The translations under genes and the position numbers were made by a program. A DNA stretch of 64,000 bases from Moniliella sp. 'wahieum' (Eukaryota): the NCBI GenBank assembly GCA_003971905.1, contig RSEE01000076.1:248001-312000 (forward strand), read 5' to 3'. Under the pieces are notes generated by a model. The model was not told where the DNA came from. It did not search any database and was given only the letters and a program-made list of their open reading frames with translations. Shown piece by piece: positions 38,568-51,356 of this stretch. Every line of letters begins with the position of its first letter. Within the stretch, counting starts at the first letter, position 1.

Positions 38568-39764
38568 TTAGACCCCTCCCTCCGAGATAGACATATGGTC
38601 TGTCCTCCGCTCTGCCGCGTCGCCCGCTAAGCTTGGAGTGGTTGACATGGGCTCTACCGCCTGCTCCTTCTCATCTTCCCTGTTAGTTTGTGGCTGGGTG
38701 CACGACCAATGAGCTCGGCATAGGAGTGCGGCGAGAACGGAGCCATTGCATCCTCGGGCCAGACTTGGCCAGTTCCGAAACGCGGAAGCCGTAGATCCTC
38801 GGTGAATACACCATTGGTCGCGGAGGCTCCTGCCCCAATTGAGAGCGAGGAAGCGTGGATGCTTCCTGGGATGCGCCATTGTCCTCATCGTCCGATGCCA
38901 CATCCAGGTCCGACCCTGCTCCGTCTTGGAGCAGGGTCAGCAGTCGCGACGACGCGATGGGGGCAGGCGCCAGATCCCGACAGCTTTGGAGAACGAGGTG
39001 TGGGAAAGTAATGCCAAAGAAAGCGCCTGAGCACAGCATAGCAATGACAGAGGCAGGTTAGCAACAGCGGTATCAAGGAGGAGGAAACGCGTCACGTACC
39101 GTCCACGCTGTGGAACCGCGAAGAAGGTGGGGCGTAGCAATCCATGCAGTTGGGGCAGAAGAGTTTGACGGTATCCAGCCCCGGCAGGTCGGAACGGCCG
39201 CAGGGCAGGACAGGGTGGGAGTGGCAGTATACTCTGGGACAGTAACCAAAATGCCCCAACCCGTACATGTCGACCTAGGAAGAAAAGGAAGAAAAGCGTG
39301 GCGCGTGTGAAGTGTTAGGGAGGGCCCGTCGATGCCAAGGGCACGGAAACACGTACCATTTGCTGCATTCCCTTGGCGGTGAGGATGTACCGCTGGTGGA
39401 TGAGACCATAGAGTAACTCGGCGCTGCTCTCGACGATGGACACGTCGGGGATTTTGGGGGAGTCCTCTTCAACTGGGGGGGGGGAGGAGGTTGTGTGAGG
39501 GGGGCTGGGTGTGGCGCCACACGGAACGCATACATACGCGGCTCTACGTCGAGGATCATTTCGAGCGCTTCGCGGTAGAAGGGCACGAGGGCATTGAGGC
39601 CCGTGAGGTTGAAGTCATCCTCGATAAAGTCTTCGCTGACCTCGGCAAAGTACTCGTGGCCGGGGAGGGAGCAGAACCAGCCGATCCAGGTGAGGCTTTC
39701 GGTGCCGCTCTCGCTGACGCTCTCGAGGTCGTCGGGGATGATGGGTCGAGGGGGCGTCGGCCAT
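38568..39764 (-). CDS. CKB1: Casein kinase II regulatory subunit beta (introns 39473-39537, 39275-39356, 39027-39099)
   Basis: [55 protein letters not shown]...VKLFCPNC zinc ribbon; [21 protein letters not shown]-terminal end uncertain. Confidence 0.95.
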
Positions 39765-40179
39765 GGAGGAGGCGTGGGGTGGTGGGGGCGGCGGAGGAAC
39801 GGGGCGGGGGCGGGCAGGCGGCGAGCAAATGGGCGCTTGCCGGTGAAAGGCGGAAAGGCCAGGGCAACCCTAGCGCGTGGGAGCGGGCGGGGGACTGGCG
39901 CGCTGCGGGTGTGCTTAGGTCAGCGGCCGCGGCCTGTGCTGCGTGCTGGCCGACGCGCTGAGGCGCTGGGCTGAGGGCGGCGACACCCGGCAGCACAGCA
40001 GCCATGCTGCAGCCACGGGGATCCTGAACGTTTCAGCCGCCCCGCTTACCTCACCATACCCCGGTCACATGACCGCCCTGCGGACGTAAGCCAGAAAATC
40101 CGCTCCGCCGCCAGCCTTCTTCTTCGGCCGCCCCCGCCGCTCTTCTGCCGTCCGTCGAGCCACCGCCCCCCCCCGCCCG

Positions 40180-41303
40180 ATGCGCCAGTCGCTCGCCCAG
40201 CACCGCCGCCGGCGTCTCGCCACCCGCGGGGCCTCCGCGCTCGGTCGCCACCACCTCCATCGCCTCGGCCCCTGCGCCTGCCGCCCGCCCGCCCGTGCCC
40301 CGGCCCCCGCCACTCCCGCCGCCCCCGTCAATGTTGCCTTCAATGGCGCCGAACTCACTCTTCCGCCGCTCGACATCGCGCGGCTGACGATGAACGAGCA
40401 GATGCCCGAGCTGCCTACGACGGTGCAGCGCGCGCCGTGGCATCCGCTTGCGCAGCGCGTCGGCCTGCTCGGCTTCAAGGTGGGCATGGTGTCCTACTTT
40501 CTTCCCAACGGCGACCGTGTGCCGTGCACGGTGGTGCACTGCCTGAACAACCAGGTGATCCGTACCCGTTGGTTCAACCCGGCCAAGTTCAAGCTCAAGA
40601 CCAAGTTCCGCCGGGCGCCGCGTGCGTATGCGCAGTCCCGCCGGCCGTACCTGGGTCTGATGGTGTATGCTGGCACAGTTCCGTTTGATACGCTGCCAAA
40701 GACCAAGCAGCGCAAGCTCAAGGGCCGTGCGCGTTGTTTCCGCGTGTCTCGCGATGGCTTGTGCCCAAGGGAACCAAGCTCTCTGTGCTGCAATTTGTGC
40801 CAGGACAAAAAGTGGATGTGGTGGGCAAGTCCAAGGGCAAAGGTTTCCAGGGTGTGGTGAAGCGTCATGGCTTTGGTGGTGGTCCCAATACCCACGGTAC
40901 CTCGCTCTGGCACCGTCGTCCCGGTTCGATTGGTTCGAGTGCCACGCCGTCGCGTGTGATGCCGCTCAAGAAGATGCCCGGCCGGATGGGCGGCAAGAAG
41001 CGCACCGTTCACAATGTGCGCGTGTTGCGTGTCGACACGGAGGAGAACTTGATTTACCTCATGGGCCAGATCCCTGGGCCCAAGCGCGGTCTCATCCGCA
41101 TCCAAGATGCCATTCGCGGGTTGACGTGGCATGCCCATGGCCAATTCATTCGCGGTCAGCTCGCCGACGGCACGCTGGCTACCGGCAACGAGAGCGCTTC
41201 CTCGTTCCTCCCCAAGGGCATCAACGGCCTCCCCTTCCCCTGCATCACTAAGGAAATGGAGGACCGCTACCCCAAGATTGTCGAGGTCAAAAAGCTGCTC
41301 TAG
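40180..41303 (+). CDS. MRPL9: Mitochondrial ribosomal protein uL3m (apparent frameshift near 40760)
   Basis: RVGLLGFKVGM; GQKVDVVGKSKGKGFQGVVKRHGFGGGPNTHGTSLWHRRPGSIG; KKMPGRMGG; Arg-rich presequence-like N-terminus. Confidence 0.93.
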
Positions 41304-41787
41304 GTATGGCGGTCAAATCAATTGCTATGCTCGTTCCCTTCCCTTTGTCACGTAGCCAATGCACCGGGGAAGTAAGGTGGCAAAGATGAGATTGCACATG
41401 ACATGTGGCCGCGTATTAGTAGGAAGCTGGCTTGAAGCTTCAAGGCCCAGAATAGCGTCGTCACCATTTGACGACAGGATCAGAAATCGTCGATTGTGGT
41501 CTTGGTGGGACCACATCAGCTACACCATATCTGGCCCATAAACCAAAATAGGCGATTGACGTACGTCAGACTGAACCAGACCCGGTGGGGCTGTTCCCTC
41601 CCCCTCCCCTTAATCCAAGTGATGAAAACAAGAAAGGAGGCGGGAGTACCGAGGATGCCCACGCTGGTTCCGACGAGGGGTCTTGGGTGGAGGCTGCCGG
41701 AGGCGGAGGAAGAGGAACGTCTCCATGTGCCTCCGCGGATGGGGGATCGGGAGTTCGTGCGGGGGCGGAGGGAACGAGCTTGGCTCG

Positions 41788-44700
41788 TTATTGCCAGGTA
41801 TCAAGTTGTTTGACTGGGACGGAGAAGGGGGGAGATGATGATGCGATGGGACTTTGTCCATTGGTCCCATTGGGAAGTTGCTGCTCTGCGTGAATCTCTT
41901 CGATTGGTTCGGCGTCGTCCGTGGGGGACTCATTGGTCGTGTTCGGGTGTTGGACCTGGCTCTTGAGCCACTGGTCCGAAAGACGGGTAATCAGGTGGCG
42001 CCACTGCCTTCGCTTTGTACACCTCGTCGGCACCCCAAAACGCCAGGTCGGGATCACACGACCGAAGGTGACGCAGCGTGTCTTCGGGCGCCGAGGCAAA
42101 CCGGTCAAAAAAGTGAATCATATAGATCCCGCAATCCCACCAGTTGGGCTGTTGGGGGATAAATGCGTCAATGTACGCGCACATTATCCGCTTGTCCACC
42201 GTCTTGCCCATCTTGTCCTGTGCCTCAAACCGGAGCCACGAACTCAAGTCCCGATTCACTTTCAGGTGCCCGTTGCGACTCCGGAGCGAGTCAAACGTGA
42301 TCACTACCGGCACCTCCGTCTGGTCCAGCACGGCAGCAGCTTTATTTTGACGTTGTTGTTGCCGCGCGGCTCGGGCTCGGTCCAAAGCAGCCGCTCGTTT
42401 CTGAGCCCGCTGAGCGGCCCGAGAACGTTCGTCATTGTCGACCGTGCCAGGGGCCACAGAGACCTTTTGCGGTTCTGGCATGGCGTCATCCTCGATCATA
42501 ATGGGCGACTGGCTTCGTTTGCCCGCACCACGAGGCGATGTAGCGGGGGACATAGACGAGGTGGAGAGCGCTAACGGTAGGGAGGACGTGTTCATCTGTT
42601 GCTCCGATGCCAGATATTGCGCCAAAGCAGGCACGACGTCTTGTCCAGATTGGACGGTTTCGGCGTCCAACATGGCGTCACCCGTTTCTTGCTCCCGGGC
42701 CTCTTCTGACGGGTCAAACGATCCACTTGCCAATTGTGGATACCCTCCCCCGACGAGCATACCGCGCTGGCCGCCTTCCGAACCCGATTCGTCATCCGAC
42801 ACGGTGAAGGGAGGAGAAGGTGTGAAGGGGATCGGATCGGTTAAGCTAACTGATTCCAATCGCCTGGGAGTTGCAAGTGCGGGATTGTTGTTGTCCATGG
42901 AGGATTGTCCGGGAACGTCCTGTCGTTCCGGCTCTCCATTCCGCGGAGCGGGATCCAAGTCGCGATAGTGTTTGTTGTCACTGGGGCTGTATCCCACCAG
43001 GTTGGAAGTGCTGCCGTTCTCTGTATCCCATCGAGGTGGAGAAGAGTGGCTAGACACGGGAGACGGAGACCTCTTGCCGTTCCTCAGTTGGTTGCCGAAG
43101 GGCGGGGAGAGAGATTGGCTCGCGCTATTCTGGGAATTCTGGGAAAGGGATGGGGGCCCCTCCCTCAGAGAAGGAAACCCGAGAACGGGGCGATCTCTGA
43201 CGTCCGCCGGATGAGTTTCACTCTTTGTGGGAGTACTGGCCTCACCCATCTCCAGGCTAGGGTCTTTGGACAGAGAGATGGGGCTTGATATACAACCCTC
43301 TAAAGGATCCGGTGAAGACGTAGTGGTGGCTTACGCCCCTTGTGGGCCACAGCTGAGCTTGCCTCTCCATGGGATGAAGGAGATACGCGGAACCCTGGCT
43401 TGGGGACAAACAATGCCTCATGAGCCGAACTGGGCTTGGGGCTGTGACCCTCGCTGCAAGAGGTCAAGTCAGACATTGCCGAGGAAGGTTCCCGGGCCTG
43501 ACGAGCAGGGTCCGCTAAAGTAGGCATCGGGATGGACAGGCTAGATGGGCGTGGTGATGCTTGCTTCGGAGGAGATGGCGATTCTGTCCTTGTTGTTCGT
43601 TCTCTGACAACGAGATGTCCGAAGATTGCACGGCAAGGCGGGACGTTCGACCGGACCGGCGCCTGGTCTCAGCAGGGCGAGAGTCACCAGAATCCGGGCA
43701 GGTAGCTTGAAGGATGCGCGCAGGATGAACAATGATGGCAAGGTACCAGTGCAAGTTCTCATTGATGGGGACAACAATGTACCGCTTACCAAACACATCG
43801 ACATCTTTGGTCCACTTGCGCACCCGGGCGTAGCCAGCTTCCCGATCCTTGGCTGAAGTGAGCTGGGTGTAAAAAAAGGCAGTAAGAACGAGGATCTGAT
43901 CGGCCCCAGCCCGGTGGACCGGATCAACGTCTTGCTCCAGTTGAGAATGAATGTACTTGAGCGCAAAGTCAATTACCGTGTCATTCAGCCATGCTCCGTC
44001 GTCCAACTTGAACATATCGCTCTTGACCAACGCAACAGAGCCCTTGCCGCCGTTTTGAGGATAGAATAGGATGGTAGTATCCTCTTCGGGCGGAAGTGGA
44101 GGCCGAGTAGAAGCGGGGTTGGCATGGGACCGGGCCAGAGAATTGGCCTGATCCAACTCAGCTTCCGAGTCAAGCCCCAACTCAGACACGGAGTCTGAAG
44201 AAGAGAGGAGGAAGGCTGAACCCGATGTCTGAGGGGCGCGCGCTGGCTCGCGATTTGGGCGGGAGGCGCAGACAAAGACCCGTGCGCTTCCTCGCCAGCC
44301 TCTGAGCCAAGTGGTGCGAGAGTCAGTTTGCTCCGTTTGGTACCATGCGGTGGGAGCGTCTGACTCTTCCTGCCCGACATAGAAGAGTCTGAACCCGAAA
44401 TGGGATCCCACAAGGAAATGTCAAGCGAAGCAATCAGGTCGGAAAGGGGAATATGGTTGGGGTGTTAAGGCTAGTAGACACTTTGGGTGCGGCGGTCATT
44501 TTCGCCAATCGGCGTTGAAGACTGTCGCTCGAGTCGGAAAGTGTGAAAGAAGCGCCCTTTGCCTGTGCGGCCTTCAGGTGACGGAACAGATCCACGTATT
44601 GTTGCTCAGCTGGTTTGGTGACACTAAAGCGCAGAGCCACTTCCATCGAGCTTTGAACCTTGGCAAACTTCATGCGAGGGACATATCGTTTGAGAGCCAA

Positions 44701-46097
44701 GGCTCCTGTGTTCCGCCGCTGGGGGGGCATATGCAACTTTATCCAAAGGGCATGGTCCTTATGGCTATCCAAGGCCTTCATGGGCAGTGAGGATGTTAGC
44801 AAACACGCGCGCATGCACAAAAACGGCCAAATACGTCAACATACCATCTCCACTGCCTCCATGTCATCTTCTTGGATTACCCAATACTCATCGAGTTCAA
44901 GTGGAAACATGCCAATCTTGAGAGGAGGGAGAACCTGGAATCCAATACACTTGGCCCAGCCGCCGATCCAAGGAGGATGCCGTCCAGTTGACGACATTAG
45001 GCACAATAAGCTGAACCAAGCCAAGTTTGACTCGCTCTGGTTTGGGCAGCGATGTCGTCGAAAGTAATGCAGGCTTGGGCACAGTCTGAGTGGCAGGCCT
45101 CTCTTCGTCATCCTCGTCGTCTGACACTTGGGTGGTCCGGGGTATAGACCGAGGGCGCGAGAGTGGGGCGCCACTGTCGTCATTGGAAACGGAACCCAGC
45201 AGATCAAATGTCTTTTTGACAGGTGCTGGTGAGCGCGAGGACGCCAAGTCGATAGGCTTGTTGATTGGTTGCGCTGTCATGCGCGGGGGCGGAGAGTCAT
45301 TGCTGGTGGCGGAATGGGGTGTCATGGTATGGGAGGAGGACGTGCCAGACTCGGGAGCCTGGCGCTGCACGGCCGCGTCATACCACGAATTGGTTGAGCG
45401 GAAATATGTCTCAGGGCAGCGTTTGCGCTTCCGGTTGGTCCCGCCAGGTGTCGTAGGCTGTGGTGCCGGGGAGGAAGGCGGGGGGGAGGAATGGGAGTGT
45501 GTTGATGAGGGGCGGGGCAAAGGAGGAGGGTGCGAGGGGTCCGCTGCAGGGGGCGGAGCCAGCTCGGGCTCATCGTCATCCGAGTCGTCGATAGCGATCG
45601 GAGCCAAGGAGTTTGAAGGTACAGGGGGCCGCGGGGGACGGATGCCCATGGGGGCCGAGGGGGCGCGAGCGTTGCGGACAAAGGGTGAGTACGTAAAGGA
45701 CAACGGGCCGAGGAGGTAGAAGCCGAGCTGGGTCGGGACGAAGCGCGGCGGGAGGAAGGCTTGGTGGAAATGACGAGCTGGTTGGACGCAGCGGGGGCAG
45801 AGGCCGGAAGGGAGACAGGACGGTATGCGACGAGTGTGGCACGAGGCCCAGTTGCTGGGTGGGCGGAGGCTCGAAGCGTATCCTGGCCGAGGGACGGGGG
45901 CGTGCGCGTGCGCGTGGACGCGGGTTGAGGGGGGAAGGGGTGCGGGATGACGCAGAAGAGGAGGCGGCGGTGGTGGTGGTCTTGTGGGAGGGGCCGGCCT
46001 GTATGTCGAGGTCGATGGGGGGCGGACGATCACGAGGAGACTGGGATGGCCGGGTCGAGGGCGACGCATGGGCGGGCTGGTGCGCCTGTGGCATCAT
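41788..46097 (-). CDS. ULP2: Ulp2/SENP6-7-type SUMO protease (peptidase C48); both ends approximate
   Basis: LDDGAWLNDTVIDF; FFYTQL; RVRKWTKDVDVFGKRYIVVPINENLHWYLAII (His); ITFDSL (Asp); PQQPNWWDCGIY (Gln/Cys); long disordered N-terminus with IAIDDSDDDE and IDL SIM-like motifs. Confidence 0.88.
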
Positions 46098-47492
46098 CCC
46101 ACCGCCATCCACGGCGATCGGAGGGGGTGGAGGGATGGTGGCGGGGGGGGCAGGGGGCGTGGCAAGACGGCTAGCCACTGTCGGATGCTCGGGCGGCGGC
46201 GGTTGACGCTCGCTCCAAAATCAAGGCCACTCCAGCCCTGGCCAGTCTCTTTGGGCAAGGCCGCATGCTCACTCAGTACTACTCACCGCCGAGGCCACCG
46301 TCCCGCCCCCACCCACTCGGGGCGGGAAGGGACTACAGACGTTGAAAGTTTAACGACTAAATTTAACCATGCCTCCAGCGAGTATTTCAGCAATGGCCCC
46401 AGCACTTCGCCTCTTCCATTTCAACTTTCACATCGCTTATCGTGCTCACGCCAAAGCCCCCACAAGCCTGCTTCTCCATCACGCACAGCCTCCAGCTGCT
46501 CCCCAGGCATCCCAGGCACCCCTCACCCCTGTCTTGTTTCTCTTCCTCCTGGGACTTTCGAGCAGGCCAGCATGCCTGAGTCCCAGGAAAGTGGATGGCC
46601 GAGGAGCCGCGAGCCCTGCACACCAGTCAAGTCCATGCTAGTATTATTCAGTTGGGCTGATCCGAGCATTACCAGCGAACGAAGACACCCACGAGGTCGT
46701 GCCTGTGCCACTCGCGAAGCGATCTTCTCCCGGCGCATGCGCATCATACAAAGAAAGGTCTGAAAATTCACGCTCTCCCTATCAGAGACCATGATCGACG
46801 AATTTGACGATGGATACCTATATGACTTCCTTCGTACTGGGTGCCGATGGATGGTCTGGCTCATTTGGCGGGTGGTCCATAGTATCTCAAACGTCCAAGC
46901 AGCCTCGTATTTTCATCAAGAGCCGCATGGATGTCAACACTGGTTTCCACAAAGAGTTTCCCATGCTCAGCATAACGGGTCCCTGTAATCCTGTTGATTC
47001 GGTGAATAAGAGGATCCCTACTACGCTTAGACTTCCAACTTCACACAGCGTCTCAAGGAACATCTTCAACAAGGGGAAGAACCCATGCAGCCGCATGGTT
47101 CTCAACTGTCCGAAGCCACCTGCATGAGCAGTATACGATAATGCCTTCCAACCATGAATCCCATTCCCATTGTGTGTTGTGTAACGAGCGATTTGTCGTA
47201 TCCTCAATACGTTTCTCCTGCAGCCTGATGGATGCATGGCATGGGGAGGCGCCGTGTCTATACCATCCGGCCTAGTCCATCGTGGACTAGGTCACGAGTA
47301 GTATTTCGCTGCTCTCACACCCACCCCGCTCGATAGTAGGTGCCTTGCTGCGAAGTAAGCAACCGGGCGGAGAAGGTGAGTCAGACACAGGGGAGAGAGG
47401 TTGAGGGGACCCCAAGGAGGATGCTGGGGGAATCAGGAAACCGACATGCCTACTGGAGAAAGGGAAGGAAAAGAAGAATGACCCAAAGTGCT

Positions 47493-47884
47493 TCACTGGT
47501 AGTTCTGTAGGTACTTCTCCGCATAATCTTTCTCGCGGCGGAAAAGGAGAATGTGGGGTTCGGGAGCTGCCGAGGATGGCTGGTTAGTGTATGCAGGAAG
47601 AGGGGGAAGCGGGAGGGGGAAGGAACGAAGACGTGCAACGTACCGTGCACTTCGTAGTGCTCCCACCCTGGCGACTGCTGAATGCCGATCGAGCGCCACT
47701 GTTCGTCAGTGAGCTTGCGCAGGACGCCCGGCTCGTTGGGGTCAAAGTACTCTTCTGGCAGCTGCTTGAGAAGCTGCTTGGGGAGAATCACATGGCGGTA
47801 CTCCCATTCATCGTCTGCGTATTTGTCCGAGTAGTGTATGCGTGCAACCAGCTCTTCGTACGAGTACTCGCGCCGCTTGGACAT
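47493..47884 (-). CDS. CKS1: CDK regulatory subunit Cks1/Suc1 (intron 47567-47643)
   Basis: [21 protein letters not shown]...[29 protein letters not shown]. Confidence 0.96.
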
Positions 47885-48239
47885 GATGGGTACGGGGCAA
47901 GGTTGGGCTCAGCTGAGAGAGCGCAGCACGCGTAGGCGACGTACGCGGACAGGCAAGAGCGCATCAGCTGGCATGTCACGCACGGAAACCAATGCTCCAT
48001 CGGGTTCGGTGCAACTGCGCCGATGCACATATTCACAGTGCATCCCATATCACGTGTTGGCCGCGCATCACACATCACGCGGCGTGCCCCCTGGCACGTC
48101 ACCCGTTCCGCGCGTCGGAATCCCCCTGCTGTGTGGCATTTATTGCCTGACATGGCGCCTCGCTTCTGCTGCCGCTGGCAGGCTACCGGCCAGCCTGCCC
48201 AAGCCGTCTCAGCGGCACCACCGTCTCTGTGACCAACCA

Positions 48240-49060
48240 ATGCCCATCCATCGCGCCGTTCGCCCGCACCCTGTCTTGCTCGCACCCTCTCTTGCGTGGC
48301 GTAGGACACTGGTCTCGTCCAGCACTGCCCAGGTCGCGCCCACCCCCCTTGGCAAGCAGGAGGCCACCCGTCGCGCCCAAGCTCAGGCTGCCGCCGAGGC
48401 GGCCGCACAGGGCAAAGCCCCTGTGACCTGGGACGAGTATCTCAAGCTGCGCAACAACGCCGCACAGCCAGCATGTTCTTCACGTGGCCCACCACCCTCT
48501 TGACCGGTGCAGGCAGCGGTGCCTATCTTGCCGCCAACGGAATGCCGTTTACGTTTGCTGGGATTGACCCCATGTTGCTCTCGGCGGCGGGCATGTTGCT
48601 CGGTACAGGTGCTGGTCTTCTGCTTGGACCGGCAATTGGTTCAACAGTATGGGGCATGGCTGAACCGGTCCAAAGCCCAATCCATTACCCAGAAGGATAA
48701 GGCCTTCTTGACCATATTCGTCGTAACCGTGTGGACCCAATGATGCAAAGTGTCCAAGTACGTCACGTCCTGTATAACCTTGTCTTTTGTGGTTCTCCAT
48801 TCTGACATGCATGACTTGCCACCTCTTGCGGTCCTACCAGAACCCCATTCCTGACTTCTACGTGCGTATTGTTTTCCTTGGACCAATCTCAAGATTGCCA
48901 TGTTGCTGTGATTTTGTACTGAATTTGTGTGCCTGTACTGTTGTGGCAGGGGGAAAAAATCGGTTCGTTGCACGATTATCGTCACTGGCTTCGTGATCAA
49001 AACACGTACCGTCGCAAAGTCGCTTATGGCGTCAAAGAGGACGAAGAGAAAGTGTATTAA
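48240..49060 (+). CDS. PAM17: Mitochondrial import motor subunit Pam17 (introns 48758-48840, 48862-48949)
   Basis: VTWDEYLKLR; GIDP; LLGPAIGS; HIRRNRVDP..QSVQ|NPIPDFY|GEKIGSLHDYRHWLRDQ. Confidence 0.92.
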
Positions 49061-50282
49061 AAGGCCAATCAAAAACATGCAGTTATCATGCATGCCTGTG
49101 AGCACTGCTGGGCAAGTGGGCTCTGTTTGCTTGGCATTGCAAAACGACACGCATCTTTGGCCTGTGTTTGTTAGGTGTCAGTGGTTGGATATGCTGCCGT
49201 GAAGAAGCAAGAGGTGAGGGACGGGCTGGTGACTCGCAGAGTCTGGGTCTGGTGGAGCAAAGCCAGGGGATTAGGTAACCACGGCGATTGCTGAGTAGAG
49301 TAGTTGCTACTAATAAACAGCTCTCCGCCTTCAGCTTCAACACTGTTTTTTCCAGCCCCCAAGCTATACGCCTGCTGTGCTTCTGTACTTTCGGTTTGGC
49401 ATTGGATGCTCAGTCGAGGATCTCGGATCCATTTGGCCATTCCCACGCCCCATTTCCGTTCTTTCCCCTTTCCCAACCTGTCCTGCCGAATCCAACAGCC
49501 CGACGAGCCGTGATGACAGCCTCAACCTCCCCAACCGCCGCCTCCCAACCTTCACGCCAGCCAATGTGCCGCACCGGATCCACAAACTCCCCTGGTGATG
49601 CAACTGATTGTGGACCGTACCTTGTACGTAATGTCTCTGCCATGATCGAGTGTCGAGCTAATCCTTCCCTCTCCTCCAGGCACAAGAATGGACCAAAGGG
49701 CCCTTGATGGCCCAGCTGCGCACGCTGCCATGGCGGTACGTCCCCCCTCCTCGCCCCCCATACCTCTCCAACAACATTTGTCTGACCCATGGCTGACATT
49801 TGTCTCAGGCTGCCGAAAACGGCAAGCAGTCCCAACACGCTGGCCTACCTCGCGCCGGAAACGTGGGCTCGATGCACAAGGTGACGCTACGAACGTCCAG
49901 CAAACAGTCCCTCGCTGCCTTGTCGGCCAAGCTTACGGAACAACGAACGTTGTGGCTGTCGCGCCTTGCTCCGAACCGACACTTTCGCTCGAAGAGGAAT
50001 TCCCCGACCATACTGTGGATTGAACAGCCGGAAAACATTCCTACCGTCTTGGCCATCGCCCCAAACCGGCGCCCGGCCGCGGTCAAAAGGCCCTGAGCAA
50101 GTGCTCCCTCTTGACCGACTGAACGCAATCCATCCACCTCGGTCCATACGACCAATAGCCCACCTCAGAGGAGGAAGCACTAGGGTGGCCGTACAGCACG
50201 TTGAATGCTCGAATGAAAAGGTGAAGGGTGCCCCGCCAGCTGCTGACGTGGTTGAAGCCACGAGACTGCACAGCCAAAAATA

Positions 50283-50373
50283 TGACGAGAGTGGGATTCG
50301 AACCCACGCCCCGGAGGACTGCGGTTAGGAAATTGTCCTGAACACAGCGCGTTAACCACTTCGCTATCTCGCC
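50283..50373 (-). tRNA. tRNA-Leu(CAG) with 12-nt intron (50325-50336)
   Basis: Reverse complement folds as acceptor GGCGAGA/TCTCGTC, D-loop AGTGGTTAA, anticodon stem CTGTG/CGCAG with CAG and G37, long variable arm, T-arm GTGGG-TTCGAAT-CCCAC, discriminator A73, then TTTTT. Confidence 0.93.
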
Positions 50374-50578
50374 TTGTTGTCCTGCAATCAAGGCAAATGG
50401 GACATGGAAATCCGAATTCAACAGCTGTTGACTCCCAAGCTATATACACTCGCCTCTCCGCTGGAGGCTGCACCGCTGCACCCTGCACCACGGTCGAGAA
50501 TCATTACTCAACTGCCATATATTAACGAGAGAAGTGTAGAAGTGCCTCTTGACAACAAGGAGAATCGTTACGCGTTGG

Positions 50579-51356
50579 CTACCACCAGTTGCATTCCTGT
50601 GCCCAGCGCCGCACTAACCTGCGGCCGGGCAGGCACAACGGAAGAACTAGGGGGGCGGGGGCGTCAAGGTCGAGGCCAGTAAAGCATGAGGCCAAAAGAG
50701 AGAAAAGACGTGGGTCGAGAGCAAGGTGCCGCCCGCTTTCGCTTTGGTCGTGCGGACGAGGGCGCACGGCGTTGGTCGAACGAAGAGGAGGCATGGCGCA
50801 ACAGGGTGGGACGCAGTTCCGCCTCTGCCTCCGGACCCCGTTTCCCCGCCCACGAACAGGTGTGTACGTTGCAGGATTGGGACGTGCGGCTCTGCCTCTT
50901 TCGCCGACGAGAGCAACAACGTTCAGTGTCTTGGTGCCGCGGGGGTAGTGGGACGAAGTGCGTGGTACAGTAGCGTGGGTAGGAGTCGAAAAAGCATCGT
51001 TTTCCCTGTGCTTTTCCGAGCCGGAGACGCGGTGGTGACGGTGATGGTGTCGATGGTGGCGGCGATAGTGGGGTGGATCGTGGTCCTTGTGGTGGTGTGG
51101 AGGAGAGTGTTGGGCGTAGAGGAGCGTGTGTGTGATGAGACGGATTGTCCTTAGGGGCATCCTTAGCGTTACGCTTGGTGGAAGCAAGCAATCCTTCCCG
51201 TTCGTCGTCCCAGTCCAAACCTACCGCGCCAAGGGAAACAAACAGAGTACTGGATGTAGAGGAGGAGGAAGTTGTGGCTCGTCCAGGAGGCGTGCGTCCG
51301 TTGGTCCGGTGTAGTGGGACCGCAGCTGATTGAGCAATCGGGAAAAAACCATCATT
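50579..51356 (-). CDS. Possible small hypothetical protein (overlapping ORF pieces, Ser/Pro-rich)
   Basis: Overlapping minus-strand ORFs with protein-like text (LDWDDEREGLLASTK...); no recognisable domain. Confidence 0.25.

Noticed and set aside
50283..50373. tRNA(CAG) as a sign of CUG codon reassignment
   Set aside because: It has Leu-type features (A73, U33, G37, long variable arm), and lacks the G73/G33 of CUG-Ser tRNA and a G3:U70 Ala determinant.
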